Source: a virus. Taken from it: a DNA stretch of 64,000 nucleotides. Location of the stretch: IMG/VR virus record IMGVR_UViG_3300002144_000695; one strand, given 5' to 3'. Each line of letters begins with the position of its first letter. The first letter of the stretch is position 1. This document shows positions 1-8,390 of this stretch, piece after piece. The notes beneath the pieces were generated by a model. It made no database searches. It was not told where the DNA came from and worked only from the letters and a program-made list of their open reading frames with translations. The translations under genes were made by a program, and so were the position numbers.

Positions 1-35
1 AACAGTATTAGACGAAGATTAAAAAAATAAAAGTT

Positions 36-215
36 ATGATACTTTACAGCGAAAAATACAGACAAAACGAAATTGAATATCTAAGAGATGAATTTTGTAA
101 GTTAGGAATTTACCACGAATGGAAAAAACAATTTAACAACAAATCTGCGTCCATCTTATGGATAGTATTAGAAAATAAATTAGACATAAAACAAATTTGG
201 TCAGAATGGAAATAA
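36..215 (+). CDS. hypothetical protein (59 aa, below ORF-track cutoff)
   Basis: Read manually: ATG36..TAA215, MILYSEKYRQ...; preceded by AAGTT like the next gene. Confidence 0.6.
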   Translation: MILYSEKYRQNEIEYLRDEFCKLGIYHEWKKQFNNKSASILWIVLENKLDIKQIWSEWK

Positions 216-220
216 AAGTT

Positions 221-505
221 ATGAAGTTTTCAGATTTAGTATTTAAAAAGAATCAATCAGGTATCGGAGCACTTATTAGCTTTGATAATGGATGGCAAGT
301 TAGTGTTGTTGCTGGTGAAGGGATGTACTCAACTCCTAGAGAGAATTTAAGTGAAGCATATAAATTCTCATCATTTGAGGTTGCAATCTTCAATAAAAAC
401 GGAGGCTTTGCAACTAAAGATCTTTTCCAAGCTGATGATGATGTAGTTGGATGGTGTGGACGTGATGATATAGACGACATAATAGCAATGGTAGCAAACC
501 AGTAA
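221..505 (+). CDS. hypothetical phage protein
   Basis: Track ORF 197..505; start moved to ATG221 (aaagttATG) just after the upstream stop. Confidence 0.7.
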   Translation: MKFSDLVFKKNQSGIGALISFDNGWQVSVVAGEGMYSTPRENLSEAYKFSSFEVAIFNKNGGFATKDLFQADDDVVGWCGRDDIDDIIAMVANQ

Positions 506-510
506 TTGTT

Positions 511-566
511 CAAACAAAGTTAACAAAAAATTAGGACTATTGAAATAAAATGCTTATATTTAAGTA
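511..566 (+). promoter_or_regulatory. host-type (Bacteroidota-like) early promoter with upstream AAAGTTAMCAAAA box, copy 1
   Basis: AAAGTTAACAAAA, then TTAGGA(531-536)-N18-TATATTTA(555-562); near-identical layout at 807-860 and 1931-1986. Confidence 0.7.
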
Positions 567-591
567 TTAATAATTTAAATAAATAAGAGAT

Positions 592-792
592 ATGAAAAGA
601 GAACAATTTAAGCAATTAGCATTACAATTAAATTTTAGAGATCTTGTAGATAAATACGCTTATCCGGATATTGAAAACTTACCTAGTCTAGATGATTATT
701 TAGATGAGTGGGAAGATAGTGGTTTTGCTGATGAATTTTTAAACCCTGAAATGTTAAAGCAAGATATAATTGAATACGCAGAATCTTTATAA
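592..792 (+). CDS. small acidic hypothetical protein
   Basis: 66-aa ORF directly downstream of promoter copy 1. Confidence 0.7.
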   Translation: MKREQFKQLALQLNFRDLVDKYAYPDIENLPSLDDYLDEWEDSGFADEFLNPEMLKQDIIEYAESL

Positions 793-806
793 AGAAAAAA
801 AAATTA

Positions 807-860
807 AAAAAAGTTACCAAAAGATTAGGATTCGAAAGATAAAATGCTTATCTTTATATA
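807..860 (+). promoter_or_regulatory. early promoter copy 2
   Basis: AAAGTTACCAAAA, TTAGGA(825-830)-N18-TATCTTTA(849-856). Confidence 0.7.
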
Positions 861-901
861 AGCAGAAAGGGAAAGGCCCAAGACGCATTTTAAATTAAAT
901 C

Positions 902-1861
902 ATGAGAGAGATGATCAAAGTATTTAAACCAGTAAGAGTAAATGGCAAGCTAATGGCAAAAGACGTAAAGTCAGGAGAGATTGCCGGCAAAGATGTAATC
1001 CGTCATATCCAATTGCTTAACGCAGAAAAAGGTCGTCAGTTGTTAATGGTGGCACCAAATGGTAGAGTAACAAGAGTTGACAATCAGTCACCGGCAGAAG
1101 GAGGCACATGTGCAAATAATAAATTGTCATTCCTGTCAGTAGTGGAAAGCAGAGACCCGGAGTCGATGTTTGCAAATTTGGAGCGATTGACTAAAATGGT
1201 AGGTAGAGGAATCCAACCATCATTGGTAATCACAGGAATGGCTGGAGTAGGCAAGACGCACCTTGTCAAAGAGACATTGCGAGGCATGGGCTTAAGAGAG
1301 TCATATGAATTTGAGCATTTCAAAGGCAAAGCAACCGCTGCCGGCTTGTATATGACGCTTTATCAAAACTCCGACAAGATTGTAGTATTAGATGATTGTG
1401 ATTCAGTATTCAAAGATGATGATGCAGTCAATATACTTAAGGCAGCATTAGACAGCTATGACACTCGTCAGATCTCATATATCTCAACTAAGCCTTTAAA
1501 GGATGAATTTGGCGAACCGATCCCATCACGCTTTGAGTTCACCGGCAAGATCATCTTTATCTCAAACATCAACCAAAGCCGATTGGATGCCGCTATCCGC
1601 AGTCGTAGCTTCGTAGCAGACATTAGCATGAACACCGATCAAATGTTTACTAGAATGGAGCAGTTGTTACCGACCATGGAGTCACGTATTCCTTTAGCGG
1701 CCAAGCAACAAGCATTAGATGTAATGAAGGCACTCCACGCTAAGTATGAGGGAGTGGACATCAACCTCAGAAGTTTTATTAAAGCAGCAAGAATTGCAGC
1801 AATGGGCTTCCCGGAGTCAGAGTTAGAAAATTTAATTGCAGAGCAGATCATCGCAGCATAA
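902..1861 (+). CDS. AAA+ family P-loop ATPase
   Basis: Walker A GMAGVGKT, Walker B VVLDDCD, sensor-1 IFISN, Arg finger IRSRS. Confidence 0.85.
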   Translation: MREMIKVFKPVRVNGKLMAKDVKSGEIAGKDVIRHIQLLNAEKGRQLLMVAPNGRVTRVDNQSPAEGGTCANNKLSFLSVVESRDPESMFANLERLTKMVGRGIQPSLVITGMAGVGKTHLVKETLRGMGLRESYEFEHFKGKATAAGLYMTLYQNSDKIVVLDDCDSVFKDDDAVNILKAALDSYDTRQISYISTKPLKDEFGEPIPSRFEFTGKIIFISNINQSRLDAAIRSRSFVADISMNTDQMFTRMEQLLPTMESRIPLAAKQQALDVMKALHAKYEGVDINLRSFIKAARIAAMGFPESELENLIAEQIIAA

Positions 1862-1886
1862 GATATATCATATCTCTCAATATGAA

Positions 1887-1916
1887 AGAGGCCGGCATCG
1901 AAAGGTGTCGGTTTCT
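1887..1916 (+). terminator. stem-loop/probable intrinsic terminator
   Basis: AGAGGCCGGCATC-GAAA-GGTGTCGGTTTCT hairpin after the ATPase; U-tract is short. Confidence 0.55.
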
Positions 1917-1930
1917 GCTAAAAAATAATT

Positions 1931-1986
1931 CAAACAAAGTTACCAAAAGACTAGGACTTGTGGGAAATAAACCTTATATTTATATA
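1931..1986 (+). promoter_or_regulatory. early promoter copy 3 (also contains the late motif)
   Basis: AAAGTTACCAAAA, CTAGGA(1951-1956)-N18-TATATTTA(1975-1982). Confidence 0.7.
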
Positions 1987-2005
1987 AATTAAAAAGATAA
2001 GAGAT

Positions 2006-2272
2006 ATGACAAAAAAAGACATGATTACATTGATTCAAAAGCGTGAGGCTGAGTTGTTTCTAGAGTTGAAGAAAACAGATAACGAGTATGGTGTGGATGC
2101 TGCTTTCACCAAAATGGTTAGAAGCAGATGGTCGGGAGTAAATACATTGATGGGTGATTTAGGAATAAAATCCGATTTACAATTACCTGAGAACCTCGAG
2201 GCGGGCGAAATGGTATTGGAGAGATACAACCAAACCAGCAGCCGCGAAGATGTAACATTGGTTACGGCTTAG
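2006..2272 (+). CDS. hypothetical protein
   Basis: 88-aa ORF after promoter copy 3. Confidence 0.7.
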   Translation: MTKKDMITLIQKREAELFLELKKTDNEYGVDAAFTKMVRSRWSGVNTLMGDLGIKSDLQLPENLEAGEMVLERYNQTSSREDVTLVTA

Positions 2273-2335
2273 TACTAGAATGTAAAGAAGCATATATATA
2301 ACAAGCAATAATATAAACCATAAACAATAGAGAGT

Positions 2336-2596
2336 ATGACAACTGAGAAAAAAATTAATGATGTAATTGCAAGAACATATGTAATTGCAACCCTTAAAGG
2401 TATGGAGGTTGATGGTGAAACAACTCAATACATTCTAAACAAAATTGGAATGGATGAGCAGATGCTTCGACAACTTATTATGACATTTCCAATTGAAGCA
2501 GTTCAACTATTGGTTGATGAGAAGATGGGGTTTGAGAAAGGGATTGACAAACTTACGAGAGACCAGCTGCAGGAACCCGATTCCAAGTTAGTCTAA
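2336..2596 (+). CDS. hypothetical protein
   Basis: 86-aa ORF followed by a terminator. Confidence 0.7.
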   Translation: MTTEKKINDVIARTYVIATLKGMEVDGETTQYILNKIGMDEQMLRQLIMTFPIEAVQLLVDEKMGFEKGIDKLTRDQLQEPDSKLV

Positions 2597-2618
2597 TTAC
2601 CCAGGTACCATGATGCAG

Positions 2619-2647
2619 GGAGTCTATATATACGAGGCTCCTTTTTT
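2619..2647 (+). terminator. intrinsic terminator ending the early cluster
   Basis: GGAGTCT...AGGCTCC stem followed by TTTTTT. Confidence 0.65.
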
Positions 2648-2650
2648 ACT

Positions 2651-2780
2651 GGGGTATAGCCCCCCTATGATAGCCCCCTAGGGGTCACCCCAATTAGCCC
2701 CCCAATGAATAGGGGTAGCCCCCCCGTGGTTTAGGGGGGTGGGGGTGGGTTTCGTTAAGGGGGTAGATGACCCCATCTAG
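2651..2780. repeat. G/C homopolymer-tract element with short inverted repeats
   Basis: Repeated GGGGT-N-CCCC units, five C runs, then GGGGGG-T-GGGGG-T-GGG-N9-GGGGG; hairpin TAGATG-ACCC-CATCTA; no ORF. Confidence 0.85.
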
Positions 2781-3073
2781 GTGAGGATGGTTATATAGAC
2801 TTTTCTAGCGCGGGGAGATTTTTTGCTGAGGGAGAAGACTCTTTATTGTATATGGCGGTGCCATAGAGCTAATTATAATTCATAGTACGTTTCGCCTTGG
2901 CAGGCTCACCGGATCAGCCTCATTTTCTTGCCTCCACATATCAATTGATATGATCAGATTATAATCTTTATTGGAGTCACAAAAAGAACGTGGTCTCATG
3001 GTAATAGGACGTACTCAAATTGACAACAACAAAATCGAAGACGTCCCGATTCAGCAGTTTATCTGACTGAATC

Positions 3074-3081
3074 ATATTTAT
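3074..3081 (+). promoter_or_regulatory. late promoter motif ATATTTAT(A/T), representative site
   Basis: Same motif lies just upstream of gene starts at 3832, 4631, 7309, 7321, 10261, 17723, 19900, 22279, 30729, 32748, 34906, 40847, 40919, 43856, 46543, 50520, 52399, 55601, 58507, 59487, 62948 (+) and at 13391, 14729, 16618 (- strand, before minus genes); a gp55-like sigma is encoded in the window. Confidence 0.8.
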
Positions 3082-3107
3082 ACGAAAGACCATTACAAGG
3101 AAACACA

Positions 3108-3410
3108 ATGAAAAACTTACTAGCAGAAAACATGAGAAGATTTGCAACCAAGAATCTCACTGAACAACTAGATGGTGATGCTAATAACAATGGATACCTG
3201 GATGATACCGAACAAACTGCCGCAACAAACGCAGCAACAAAAATGCATGCAATTACAATGGATCAACTAGCACAACTTGCAAAAATAAGAACCGAACTTA
3301 TCAAAAACTACAATGAAAAACAAGTTGTTAACTACACAACTGTTAGAGATATTGATAATCTCATTGAAGAACTCATACGAGAATCTAGCTTGTACGAATC
3401 AAACAGATAA
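3108..3410 (+). CDS. hypothetical protein with LAENMxRF leader
   Basis: MKNLLAENMRRFATKNLTEQ; late motif and AAGGA upstream. Confidence 0.75.
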   Translation: MKNLLAENMRRFATKNLTEQLDGDANNNGYLDDTEQTAATNAATKMHAITMDQLAQLAKIRTELIKNYNEKQVVNYTTVRDIDNLIEELIRESSLYESNR

Positions 3411-3427
3411 ACAAGGTACATGTACAT

Positions 3428-3796
3428 ATGATACGATTAATTGACTTAATAAGCACGCAACGTGTACATGCGCACAAGATTAGATGCGCATTAAACGAAG
3501 GAGCCAACGCGCCAGCCGTACCCGCTGCGTCTATCCAATCACAGGCAATTAGTCTAATAGGCAGCGACAGTGACTTGGTAGCCACTAATTATATATCTTG
3601 GTTAGAAGACAATCTAGAAGAGTTGGAAGCCGAAGGCGAGTTAACTTCCCGGCAACGCTTTGATACCGTGCTTAAAGCTCGATTTGCTTTAATGGATAGT
3701 GAGGCTGATGATATTGTAGCATACATAATGCGTCAACATGGGGCGTCTATGCATCCCGACGTCGAGTTATTAACTTTTATTCGCAAATTTATGTGA
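3428..3796 (+). CDS. hypothetical protein (MIRL-type N-terminus)
   Basis: 122-aa ORF, co-oriented. Confidence 0.7.
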   Translation: MIRLIDLISTQRVHAHKIRCALNEGANAPAVPAASIQSQAISLIGSDSDLVATNYISWLEDNLEELEAEGELTSRQRFDTVLKARFALMDSEADDIVAYIMRQHGASMHPDVELLTFIRKFM

Positions 3797-3865
3797 TTTA
3801 TGTTTTTAAACCTAGGTTTTGAAGTATAATGATATTTATTTATAAATTACGTAATAAGACAGACC

Positions 3866-4465
3866 ATGATAAAACTAAAATCAATTTTAAACGAGGCTTA
3901 TGCGTGGGAACGTGAAGCGGGTAAACCTTTGCCTACCTTGGCTGACACAACAGCAGCATACGCAGCCAAAATAGCAGAACAAAGCGCTATGCAACCAATC
4001 TCTAATCCAATGGCCAGCAAGCTAGACCCACAAGACGTGCAAGAATCAATGCATGACTTTGATGATGAGAAATTTTCTGATGCCATGAGGCATGCCATGA
4101 TTGTGAGTGGTTCAAATCCTGATCGTGATGATTCGCAACGAGATGAAGTGTTTGATATCATCATGACATACACCAAAGATCCTGATACGGCTGAGGCTGC
4201 TTATGCGGCTTGGGAATCTGGAGCGGATATGTCACCTGAATTGGAAGCCAATGTAACACGTGATCCTCGATGGAAGTATGTACGTAGCCCACAACGTGAA
4301 GCAGCTCGTCCCGACTTTCTAGATCTAGATGGGGATGGCGATGAACAAGAGTCAATGAAATCGGCTGCAGCAAGCAAGGCCAGCCAATCAGAATCATTTA
4401 ATCGTCGATTGATGGGTAACCTCAAGGGGTCTGAATTCATTTTGTCTGAAACATTTCGCAAATAA
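3866..4465 (+). CDS. acidic hypothetical protein with MIKLKSILNE leader; EF-hand-like DLDGDGD motif
   Basis: Late motif at 3832; leader ends in LNE. Confidence 0.75.
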   Translation: MIKLKSILNEAYAWEREAGKPLPTLADTTAAYAAKIAEQSAMQPISNPMASKLDPQDVQESMHDFDDEKFSDAMRHAMIVSGSNPDRDDSQRDEVFDIIMTYTKDPDTAEAAYAAWESGADMSPELEANVTRDPRWKYVRSPQREAARPDFLDLDGDGDEQESMKSAAASKASQSESFNRRLMGNLKGSEFILSETFRK

Positions 4466-4507
4466 ACAACATTTAACGTCGTCTGCTACCTTAGGCGGTT
4501 TAGTTGA

Positions 4508-4538
4508 AGGCTTGGGGTTTCGGCCTCAAGCTTTTTTT
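4508..4538 (+). terminator. intrinsic terminator
   Basis: GCTTGGGGT-TTCG-GCCTCAAGC plus 7 T. Confidence 0.85.
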
Positions 4539-4676
4539 ATGTACGCGCAGGCCGATGAGTTGTAAACGAAGACGTGCCTACCGTACTAGCGTACTATGAT
4601 GTAATAATACTAGGACTTTCTTTTTCGGACATATTTATTAGTATAAGTTATCAATTTTAAATGTGAGATACACACA

Positions 4677-4820
4677 ATGGCAGTAAAAAAGGCAGGAAAC
4701 ACTATTTCTAAATTAACTAAACCCAAAGTAAAACGACCAGGCGTACATGCTAAGACTAAAATTAGTAGAAGCAAGAATGCAACGAATTATACTAAATCAT
4801 ATACAAGTCAGGGACGATGA
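4677..4820 (+). CDS. small very basic protein (47 aa, not in track)
   Basis: MAVKKAGNTISKLTKPKVKRPGVHAKTKISRSKNATNYTKSYTSQGR; late motif at 4631; stop overlaps the next ATG (ATGA). Confidence 0.7.
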   Translation: MAVKKAGNTISKLTKPKVKRPGVHAKTKISRSKNATNYTKSYTSQGR

Positions 4821-6196
4821 TTAAATTAACATCTATATTAAAACAAGTAATTACTGAGCAACAATCGGATAAAAAAATTCGAGTGTTGTTTCTTGGCGAT
4901 TCACAAACGGCAGCTAATTGGAGTTATGCTCGTTTATTATTACAAACAAAACAAATTGTAGGAAATATAGTAGCTAGAAATGGTGCGTCAACAGCCGCAG
5001 TATTAAAAATGTTACAAGATAATATATCTAACAAATATGATGTTGTTTCAATTATGGCTGGTGGCAATGATGGTGCATCTAAGTCACCAAACAATGCCAT
5101 CAAAAATTTTGAAGCCATGTTTAAATTGGTTAGAACAACTGGAGCTAAATTAGTTGTTATAACGAATCCAACTAAAGACTTTGTTAATACTAACGATAAA
5201 TATTATAGAAAAAGTGGGTATCCAGCTAATGATAAAATTTCAGATTGGTTACAACTAAATACGTCAGCTGACGTTGTTATTGATACTGGGGACTTTTCTG
5301 AATTAGATTTCACAAAAGATCATGTACATTTAGATTCAGATGCTCATAAAAAAATTGCTAGTCAGTGGAAACGTCAAGTATTAGAGTTAGTTGATATAAA
5401 TTCAACGAAAGAAATTAAACCAGAAGATTCTGTATTATTACAAATGGGTGATTCGGGTGCTGATGTTATTAAAATGCAAAATGCGTTAGTTAACTTAGGA
5501 TATTCAGTTGGGAAAGAGGGCGTCGATGGTAAATTTGGGCCTCATACTAAAAGCGGCTTAATTAATTTCCAACATGACACTACACAAGATCCAAACGGAA
5601 AATTAGATACAATAACAAAAAATATTTTATTTAAAAAAGCTGGAGAAATTGGAACTAGTTCATCTGCCGGCGAATCAAATACAGACACATCATTATCATC
5701 AATACTCAGCTTAGGCGCAATTTCTGGAGCTAACTATTCTGATCCAGTTATAAAACAATCTGCAGCATTGTTAGCACAATTTGAAGGATATCGATCACAA
5801 CCATATTGGGATGTTAACAATTGGCGTATTGGCTTTGGTAGTAGTACTATAACTGATGCATCAGGTAATATTGAACAACTATCATCTAATAGATTAGATA
5901 AGCCTGATAACACTATTACTACTGCTGATGGTATACGTGATTTATCTCGAAGACTTAACGATGAATTTATTCCAAAAGTAATGAAATACGCTGATGGTTT
6001 AAATAACGGAACAATCTCAGCATTGGTTTCGGTTGCATATAACTATGGAAGCTTACCTAAAAGTGTTATTAGAGCCATGGCTACTGCAGATATTAGTACA
6101 ATTGCATTATCAGTATTAAAATTACAATCAAATAACGGCGGCCAGAATGCAACACGCAGAAAAAAAGAAGCTGCGTATATATTAAATAGTAAATAA
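4817..6196 (+). CDS. SGNH/GDSL esterase + peptidoglycan-binding domain + GH24-like lysozyme fusion
   Basis: GDSQT, GGND and DHVH SGNH blocks; LLQMGDSGADV..Q..L..LGY...VDGKFG..T PG_binding_1 pattern; FEGYRSQPYWDVNNWRIGFG lysozyme motif. Confidence 0.8.
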   Translation: MIKLTSILKQVITEQQSDKKIRVLFLGDSQTAANWSYARLLLQTKQIVGNIVARNGASTAAVLKMLQDNISNKYDVVSIMAGGNDGASKSPNNAIKNFEAMFKLVRTTGAKLVVITNPTKDFVNTNDKYYRKSGYPANDKISDWLQLNTSADVVIDTGDFSELDFTKDHVHLDSDAHKKIASQWKRQVLELVDINSTKEIKPEDSVLLQMGDSGADVIKMQNALVNLGYSVGKEGVDGKFGPHTKSGLINFQHDTTQDPNGKLDTITKNILFKKAGEIGTSSSAGESNTDTSLSSILSLGAISGANYSDPVIKQSAALLAQFEGYRSQPYWDVNNWRIGFGSSTITDASGNIEQLSSNRLDKPDNTITTADGIRDLSRRLNDEFIPKVMKYADGLNNGTISALVSVAYNYGSLPKSVIRAMATADISTIALSVLKLQSNNGGQNATRRKKEAAYILNSK

Positions 6197-6204
6197 AGGT
6201 AAAA

Positions 6205-6579
6205 ATGTTTGAAAAACTAATATCAACTCTAATAGCATCACGTGACCAAGCTCACATTTTCCATTGGCAAACAACAGGTGTAGGATCATTCTCTGCACAT
6301 AAAGCATTAGGTAAATATTATGATGCAATTCCAGACCTAGTAGATGCGTTAGTTGAAGCATATCAAGGAAAACATGGTATTGTTAAAGGATATACACCAG
6401 CTGATAAATTTGACGAATACAATCAATCATCAGTAGTTAAATATTTTAAAGGATTAGCAACATATGTTGATCGAGTATATGATAAATTAGATCCTAAAGA
6501 TACAAATATTATTAATCAAGTAGATACAATTAAAGATCTATTGTATACAACAATTTATAAATTAGAAAATCTCCAATAA
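6205..6579 (+). CDS. ferritin/Dps-like four-helix protein (DUF5856-like)
   Basis: QAHIFHWQT...AHKALGKYYD..PDLVDALVEAYQG pattern. Confidence 0.7.
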   Translation: MFEKLISTLIASRDQAHIFHWQTTGVGSFSAHKALGKYYDAIPDLVDALVEAYQGKHGIVKGYTPADKFDEYNQSSVVKYFKGLATYVDRVYDKLDPKDTNIINQVDTIKDLLYTTIYKLENLQ

Positions 6580-7112
6580 TGAAAATTTTTGATATTAATA
6601 ATCCTAGACACAAACAAATCCTTAAGGAAGAATTAGCACGTGCTAAGCGCCTAATGGAACAAACTTACAATGCTGACGAAATATGGGATTCAATGAATAA
6701 TATGGATCGTAAAGAAGCATTATATGTAGCCAAAGAGCCGAATCCAGATGCTTTATTAGATTCAGTATGGGATAATATACCTGAAGATGTGCAAGATTTA
6801 ATAGATTTAGGTGAATACCAATTGGCTCGTAAGGATCAAGGGGGTAGATCATTATTGCGCGGTATAGAAAGTGCAATCAAAGAAAACCCAGAAGTTTCAT
6901 CATTTATTGATAAGTTCTTAAAAAAAATAGGCCGTGCTAGTATACAAGATATTACAGTGAAACAAGCATATAAACTTAACCCAGCAGTTTGGCAGTATAT
7001 TGCATCAAAAAAACCTATTGCATCAAAAACTCCAGCTGATTCAAATATTGATCCGTATAGTAGAAAAAATCCGTCAACAGGATACATGGGATCTGTATAT
7101 AGAGGTGATTGA
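6579..7112 (+). CDS. hypothetical protein
   Basis: 177-aa ORF, translationally coupled. Confidence 0.75.
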   Translation: MKIFDINNPRHKQILKEELARAKRLMEQTYNADEIWDSMNNMDRKEALYVAKEPNPDALLDSVWDNIPEDVQDLIDLGEYQLARKDQGGRSLLRGIESAIKENPEVSSFIDKFLKKIGRASIQDITVKQAYKLNPAVWQYIASKKPIASKTPADSNIDPYSRKNPSTGYMGSVYRGD

Positions 7113-7309
7113 TGATAAAAACTGATTTCATAAGAATTGTATCAATTGGCTCAGATAATACTGAGTCAATTTTTTATGTTAATCAAAATCAAATTGTTCG
7201 CGTATATGAATTAGACAATAATATTATTATTGAAACTTCTAATTATGAGATATTAACAATATGCGGTTATTCATTAGATACATTTATGGAGCGTTTTATT
7301 AAATCTTGA
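7109..7309 (+). CDS. hypothetical protein
   Basis: 66-aa ORF, overlapping start/stop. Confidence 0.65.
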   Translation: MMIKTDFIRIVSIGSDNTESIFYVNQNQIVRVYELDNNIIIETSNYEILTICGYSLDTFMERFIKS

Positions 7310-7346
7310 TATTTATTAATATATTTATAAACAAATAAAGGTTAAT

Positions 7347-7532
7347 ATGACATCAAAAGAAATCTATGAAGCAATGGAAGCACATTGGTTGGTATTTAAA
7401 GAAAATCACGATCGCTTTCAAGAAAAACAAGTTAAAGCTGCAGGCGTAAGAGCTCGCAAATCAATCAATGAGATGAAAAAATTAGTTAGCAAGTATCGTT
7501 CAACTCAATTAGCAGAATCTAAAGCAGCATAA
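7347..7532 (+). CDS. histone H1-like nucleoid protein (Hc1 family, Bacteroidota type)
   Basis: K(A)AGVRARKS..E.KKL...YR motif typical of Bacteroidota Hc1-like proteins. Confidence 0.7.
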   Translation: MTSKEIYEAMEAHWLVFKENHDRFQEKQVKAAGVRARKSINEMKKLVSKYRSTQLAESKAA

Positions 7533-8353
7533 TGAAATCTAAATATAATATACAAGAAACGTTACGTACTCTGATTGCTGAACAAGCACCTAGTATAGAT
7601 AAAGTTACTGATAATGCGCCTAATGACGCAGTAGACTCACCATTTACACCTGCAGAGGAAAAGTTTTTAGGCAAATTTGATGCTTATGGCACGCGCCATT
7701 TAGGTATATTATATTCTACTAGCGATATCGGAGTTCGTGAATTTATAACAAGAAGTGGAGTGGCATTGAATGTCACACCTGAGATTCTTTTAAATTTAAT
7801 ACGACATAACATTATTAAAGTTGTACCATATACTGGATATGGATTAAATACAGATTATACATTAGAATTACAACTATCATTAAATGATGTATCAGGACTC
7901 GGAGACGCAGACAAAGAAAAAGCACAGACAGGAGCTACGGGTGGTGCCGGTGCTCCTGTATCTGATGATACAATATCGGCACCACCAACGCCAGAACTAG
8001 CTTGGGTTGTTAAATATGGCGATGTTTTAACTGAGACAGTTAATGTTGCAAAACAGTTAATCACTGAAAAAAAAGATAATAAAAAAGATAATAAAAAACG
8101 TGATGCTGAAGTATATGCTTCTAGGTCTCGCGTTTTACGACGATTACCTAAAGTCTATATTCGCCATTTAGAACGAATAATAGACGCAATGCTTCGAAAC
8201 ACTAAAACAACGTTTGAACGAGAGCGTTTAATTGCTGACATTTTAGATAATTTACAAGTGAATTTTAATTTATCAGCAAAACACATTCGTCAATCATATG
8301 ACTATCATCGATCACAGAAGCGTTTACAAAAAGAATTAGAAAAAAATAAATAG
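7532..8353 (+). CDS. hypothetical protein
   Basis: 273-aa ORF; N-terminus ends LIAE|Q. Confidence 0.75.
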   Translation: MKSKYNIQETLRTLIAEQAPSIDKVTDNAPNDAVDSPFTPAEEKFLGKFDAYGTRHLGILYSTSDIGVREFITRSGVALNVTPEILLNLIRHNIIKVVPYTGYGLNTDYTLELQLSLNDVSGLGDADKEKAQTGATGGAGAPVSDDTISAPPTPELAWVVKYGDVLTETVNVAKQLITEKKDNKKDNKKRDAEVYASRSRVLRRLPKVYIRHLERIIDAMLRNTKTTFERERLIADILDNLQVNFNLSAKHIRQSYDYHRSQKRLQKELEKNK

Positions 8354-8359
8354 ATTCAA

Positions 8360-8390
8360 TTTGAATTACACAGTTTTTTTCTTATATTAT
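8360..8390 (+). promoter_or_regulatory. host-type promoter
   Basis: TTTGAA-N17-TATATTAT upstream of the 8423 operon. Confidence 0.5.

Noticed and set aside
4491-4535. tRNA-like start GGCGGTTTAGTTGAAGG...TTCG
   Set aside because: Too short, with no acceptor-stem complement or anticodon arm; explained by the terminator hairpin.
4539-4580. Hammerhead ribozyme (GTA...CCGATGA-stem II-GAAGA)
   Set aside because: The core deviates (CCGAUGA, GAAG) and stem I would be about 1 bp. Kept only as a generic structured-RNA candidate.
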